Part shown: positions 61,230-64,000 of the stretch, in pieces
Numbering within the stretch: position 1 is the first letter of the stretch
How the letters are laid out: every line of letters begins with the position of its first letter
From: Octopus sinensis
Taxonomy: Eukaryota
Assembly: GCF_006345805.1 (NCBI RefSeq)
Contig: NC_042999.1
Location: forward strand, 13,206,001 to 13,270,000
Length of the DNA stretch: 64,000 bases
Direction: 5' to 3'
The notes under the pieces: model-generated
Databases searched by the model: none
Told to the model about the DNA's origin: nothing
Seen by the model: only the letters and a program-made list of their open reading frames with translations
Made by a program: the position numbers and the translations under genes

Positions 61230-62230
61230 CTGTAATTCAGTCCAGTAATGTGATCAGCTCGAAAATGGTTTAAATGATTTCGCAGTGGAGACCCGAGCCT
61301 TGAAACCTGTGAGCGTAGTGGACGCCCAACTGTCATGGATTACGGTCAATTGATGACTGTCATTGAGAAAAATCCACGCAAAACCACTCGAGAAATGGCA
61401 AAAGAACTTCAAGTTAAGCAGAAAACTACCTGCAACAATTTGCATGCGATCAGAAAATCAAAAAAGCTCGACAAATGAGTACCACACAATGTGAATGAAA
61501 ATCAGAAAATGCGGAGATATGAAATTTGCTCGTGGCTTCTTCTCCGTAACCACACCGATCCCTTTCTCGACCGTATTGTAACTTGTGATGAAAAGTGGAT
61601 TCTGTAGAATAAGAAAAATCGTTCTTCACAGTGGTTGGACCAAAATGAAACACCGAAAACCTTCCCTAAACTTGAGCACTTAAAAAAGAAGGTTACGGTG
61701 AATGTTTGGAAGTGTACTGCTGGACTCATCCACTATAACTTCTTAATACCGGAAACAATATTACTGCAGAAACATATTGTCATGAACTTGCCAAAAGGAA
61801 CGAAAGACTGCTACTCCTCCGTCCCAGACTGGTCAACAGAAGAGGGTCAATCATTCTTCTTGACAATGCTTGACCACACATTTCATTAATGACACTCCAG
61901 AAGATGAAGGAACTTGGGTACAAAGTTCTTCCCCACCCAGATTATTCCCAATACTTTTCTTCTACCAACAACCACTTATTCAATTACCCTGATGGTTTCC
62001 TGCAAGAGACGGAGTTCAAAAATCAAACCGTTGCTGAAAGTTCGTTCAAAAAGTTCATCAGCTCCAAAATTTCAGATTTTTATGTTACCGGATAAACAAA
62101 CTTGTAACTCGTTAGCAAATGTGTTGCTTGTAATGGTACTTACTTTGATGAATAAAATTTCTGCATTGTTGAACTATTTTGTGATGGATTTCATGTTTCA
62201 AAATGTTGCATGCTTTTTACTCAGCCTGAT
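61230..62230 (+). mobile_element. 5'-truncated decayed mariner with right TIR
   Basis: RSGRP..MD..L..IEKNPRKTTREMAKEL, FLDRIVTCDEKWI, KKV.V.VW, GYKVLPHP.YS; ends ...TTTTTACTCAGCCTGA|TA. Confidence 0.85.
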
Positions 62231-62260
62231 ATACATACATACATACATACACACACACAA

Positions 62261-62292
<32 letters not shown>

Positions 62293-62394
62293 GCTATATA
62301 TATATTATATATATATATATGTGTGTGTGTGTGTTGTATATATATATATATATTATATTATATATATAAAGAGAGAGAGAGAGAGAGAGAGAGT

Positions 62395-62569
62395 ATAGCA
62401 GGGAGTGGCTGTATGGTAAAAAGTTTGCTGCCCACCTACATGGTTCCGGGTTCAGCCCCACTGCATGGCATCTTGAGCAAATGTCTTCTACTATAGCCTC
62501 GGGTTCACCAAAACATTGTGAGTGGTTTGGTAGAAAGAAACTGAAAGAAGCCCGTCGTATATATATATA

Positions 62570-62601
<32 letters not shown>

Positions 62602-62613
62602 TTTTGTATATAT

Positions 62614-62666
<53 letters not shown>

Positions 62667-62912
62667 ATATATATATATATATATATATAGGGGGGGTGTC
62701 TGTGTGTGTGTGTCTTTGTGCCTGTGCTTGTACCCCATTGCTGCTGGATAACTGTTGTTGGTGTGTTTATGTCCTCGTAACTTAGCATTTCGGGAGAAGA
62801 AACCGATAAAATATTACCAGGCTTTAAAAATAGGTACAGGGGTCGTTCCGTTCGACTAAAATTCCAGGCGGTGACCCTGTATGACTGCCGTCAAATGACT
62901 GAAACAAGTATA
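62395..62912 (+). mobile_element. SINE family A, diverged, expanded internal (TA)n
   Basis: GCAGGGAGTGGCTGTATGG head; CAAATGACTGAAACAAG tail. Confidence 0.82.
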
Positions 62913-63774
62913 AGAATATGCATGTGTGTGTGTGTGTGTGTGTGTGTGTACGTACTGGGTGCGGTATATTTCATAAAATAAAATGTTTTATGTTCTGATT
63001 AGTGAAAACTGATTATTATATTTATTATCAATGTTTTATATTTATCTACAATTGAAAATGGACACCCCTTACTTCCACCATCGCCCTTAATCTTTTCTCA
63101 TCTGAAGTGCATGACTTCTTCTCCACCTCTTCGTTCAGTCTAGCGGCGTCAATGATTCTCCTGGTACGAAGTGAATGGTGTCTTCCTGAAATTAAATTTG
63201 TTGAGGTTGTTTGCACCTATTGATATATTTTCCAAGCATTCAAAACAGTTCTTTTCTGCAAATATTCAACTGTTTTATCACCTCACAATTCTTTATACCA
63301 GCCATTTTCAATGCCATTATTCGTTTACGTTTTTGTCTGAGCTAGCGTATATAATTAAGAATAAGCAATAAAACAAAAGAATGTCAGGAAACATTATACA
63401 ACACTGGCAGCCACTTTGGCATATAAGAATGCGTCGGTTTATGTCTGAATAATGGGTAAATCATGTTTAAACAATTGGTAAATGCACATACCGCGCCGCT
63501 ATGTATACGTACATCATTTAATAACACAATCACAAAAGAGCCAGTAATAGTTTCATGCTTTAAGATACATCAAATTGATAGAATTATATAACATGCCATA
63601 TATCTCCAATCAAATGTATTTGAAAAACAGGACGCTGGTCTATATGAAATCATAACAAAAAAAATACAAGAGAAGATAAAACGAGATAATGGTTGATACA
63701 GAAAGTAGAAAGAAAACCAAAGTTTGTGAGATTTAATTTGACAAAAGATTCCCGGCATGGAAACGCATATTTAG

Positions 63775-63930
63775 GCGCAGGTGTGGCTGTATAGTAAGAC
63801 GTTTTCTTCCCAACCACATCGATTCGGGTTCAGTCCCACTGCAGGGCACCTTAGCAAGTCTCTTTTACCATAGCGTCAGGCTGACCAAAGCCTTGTGAGT
63901 GGAATTGGTAGACGGAAACTGAAACAAGCA
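63775..63930 (+). mobile_element. SINE family A, 5' half
   Basis: GGCGCAGGTGTGGCTGTATAG...GGTAGACGGAAACTGAAA. Confidence 0.82.
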
Positions 63931-63936
63931 CAACGC

Positions 63937-63992
<56 letters not shown>

Positions 63993-64000
63993 CCACAAAC

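Noticed and set aside
62957-63497. Possible MITE with GG.GCGGTAT inverted ends
   Set aside because: Only about 10 bp of imperfect TIR and no TSD

Overview
Very repeat-dense, AT-rich animal genomic DNA, probably intergenic or intronic. The SINE families and microsatellite load look like Octopus or another coleoid cephalopod (my inference). I cannot support any intact host gene, rRNA, true tRNA gene or CRISPR array. The long ORFs in the track ([12 protein letters not shown]) are microsatellite artefacts. The window holds about 30 tRNA-derived SINE copies from three modular families, and decayed LINEs of the R4/Dong, HERO, CR1-like and RTE types. It also holds Penelope-like remnants with hammerhead-ribozyme motifs, Tc1/mariner, Tigger-, piggyBac- and hAT-like MITEs, Helitrons, a 600-bp fold-back element and two local satellites. 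The main lead is a restriction-like-endonuclease (RLE) retrotransposon family present in three copies, each abutting (CATA)n microsatellite in the same polarity. It looks like a (CATA)n-targeting relative of the (TAA)n-targeting Dong element that is also present. Second leads are a near-canonical minimal hammerhead ribozyme (56967-57025, minus strand) and a SINE/LINE pair sharing a 3' tail. All family assignments come from motif recognition by eye, not database searches. Boundaries are approximate unless a junction sequence is quoted.
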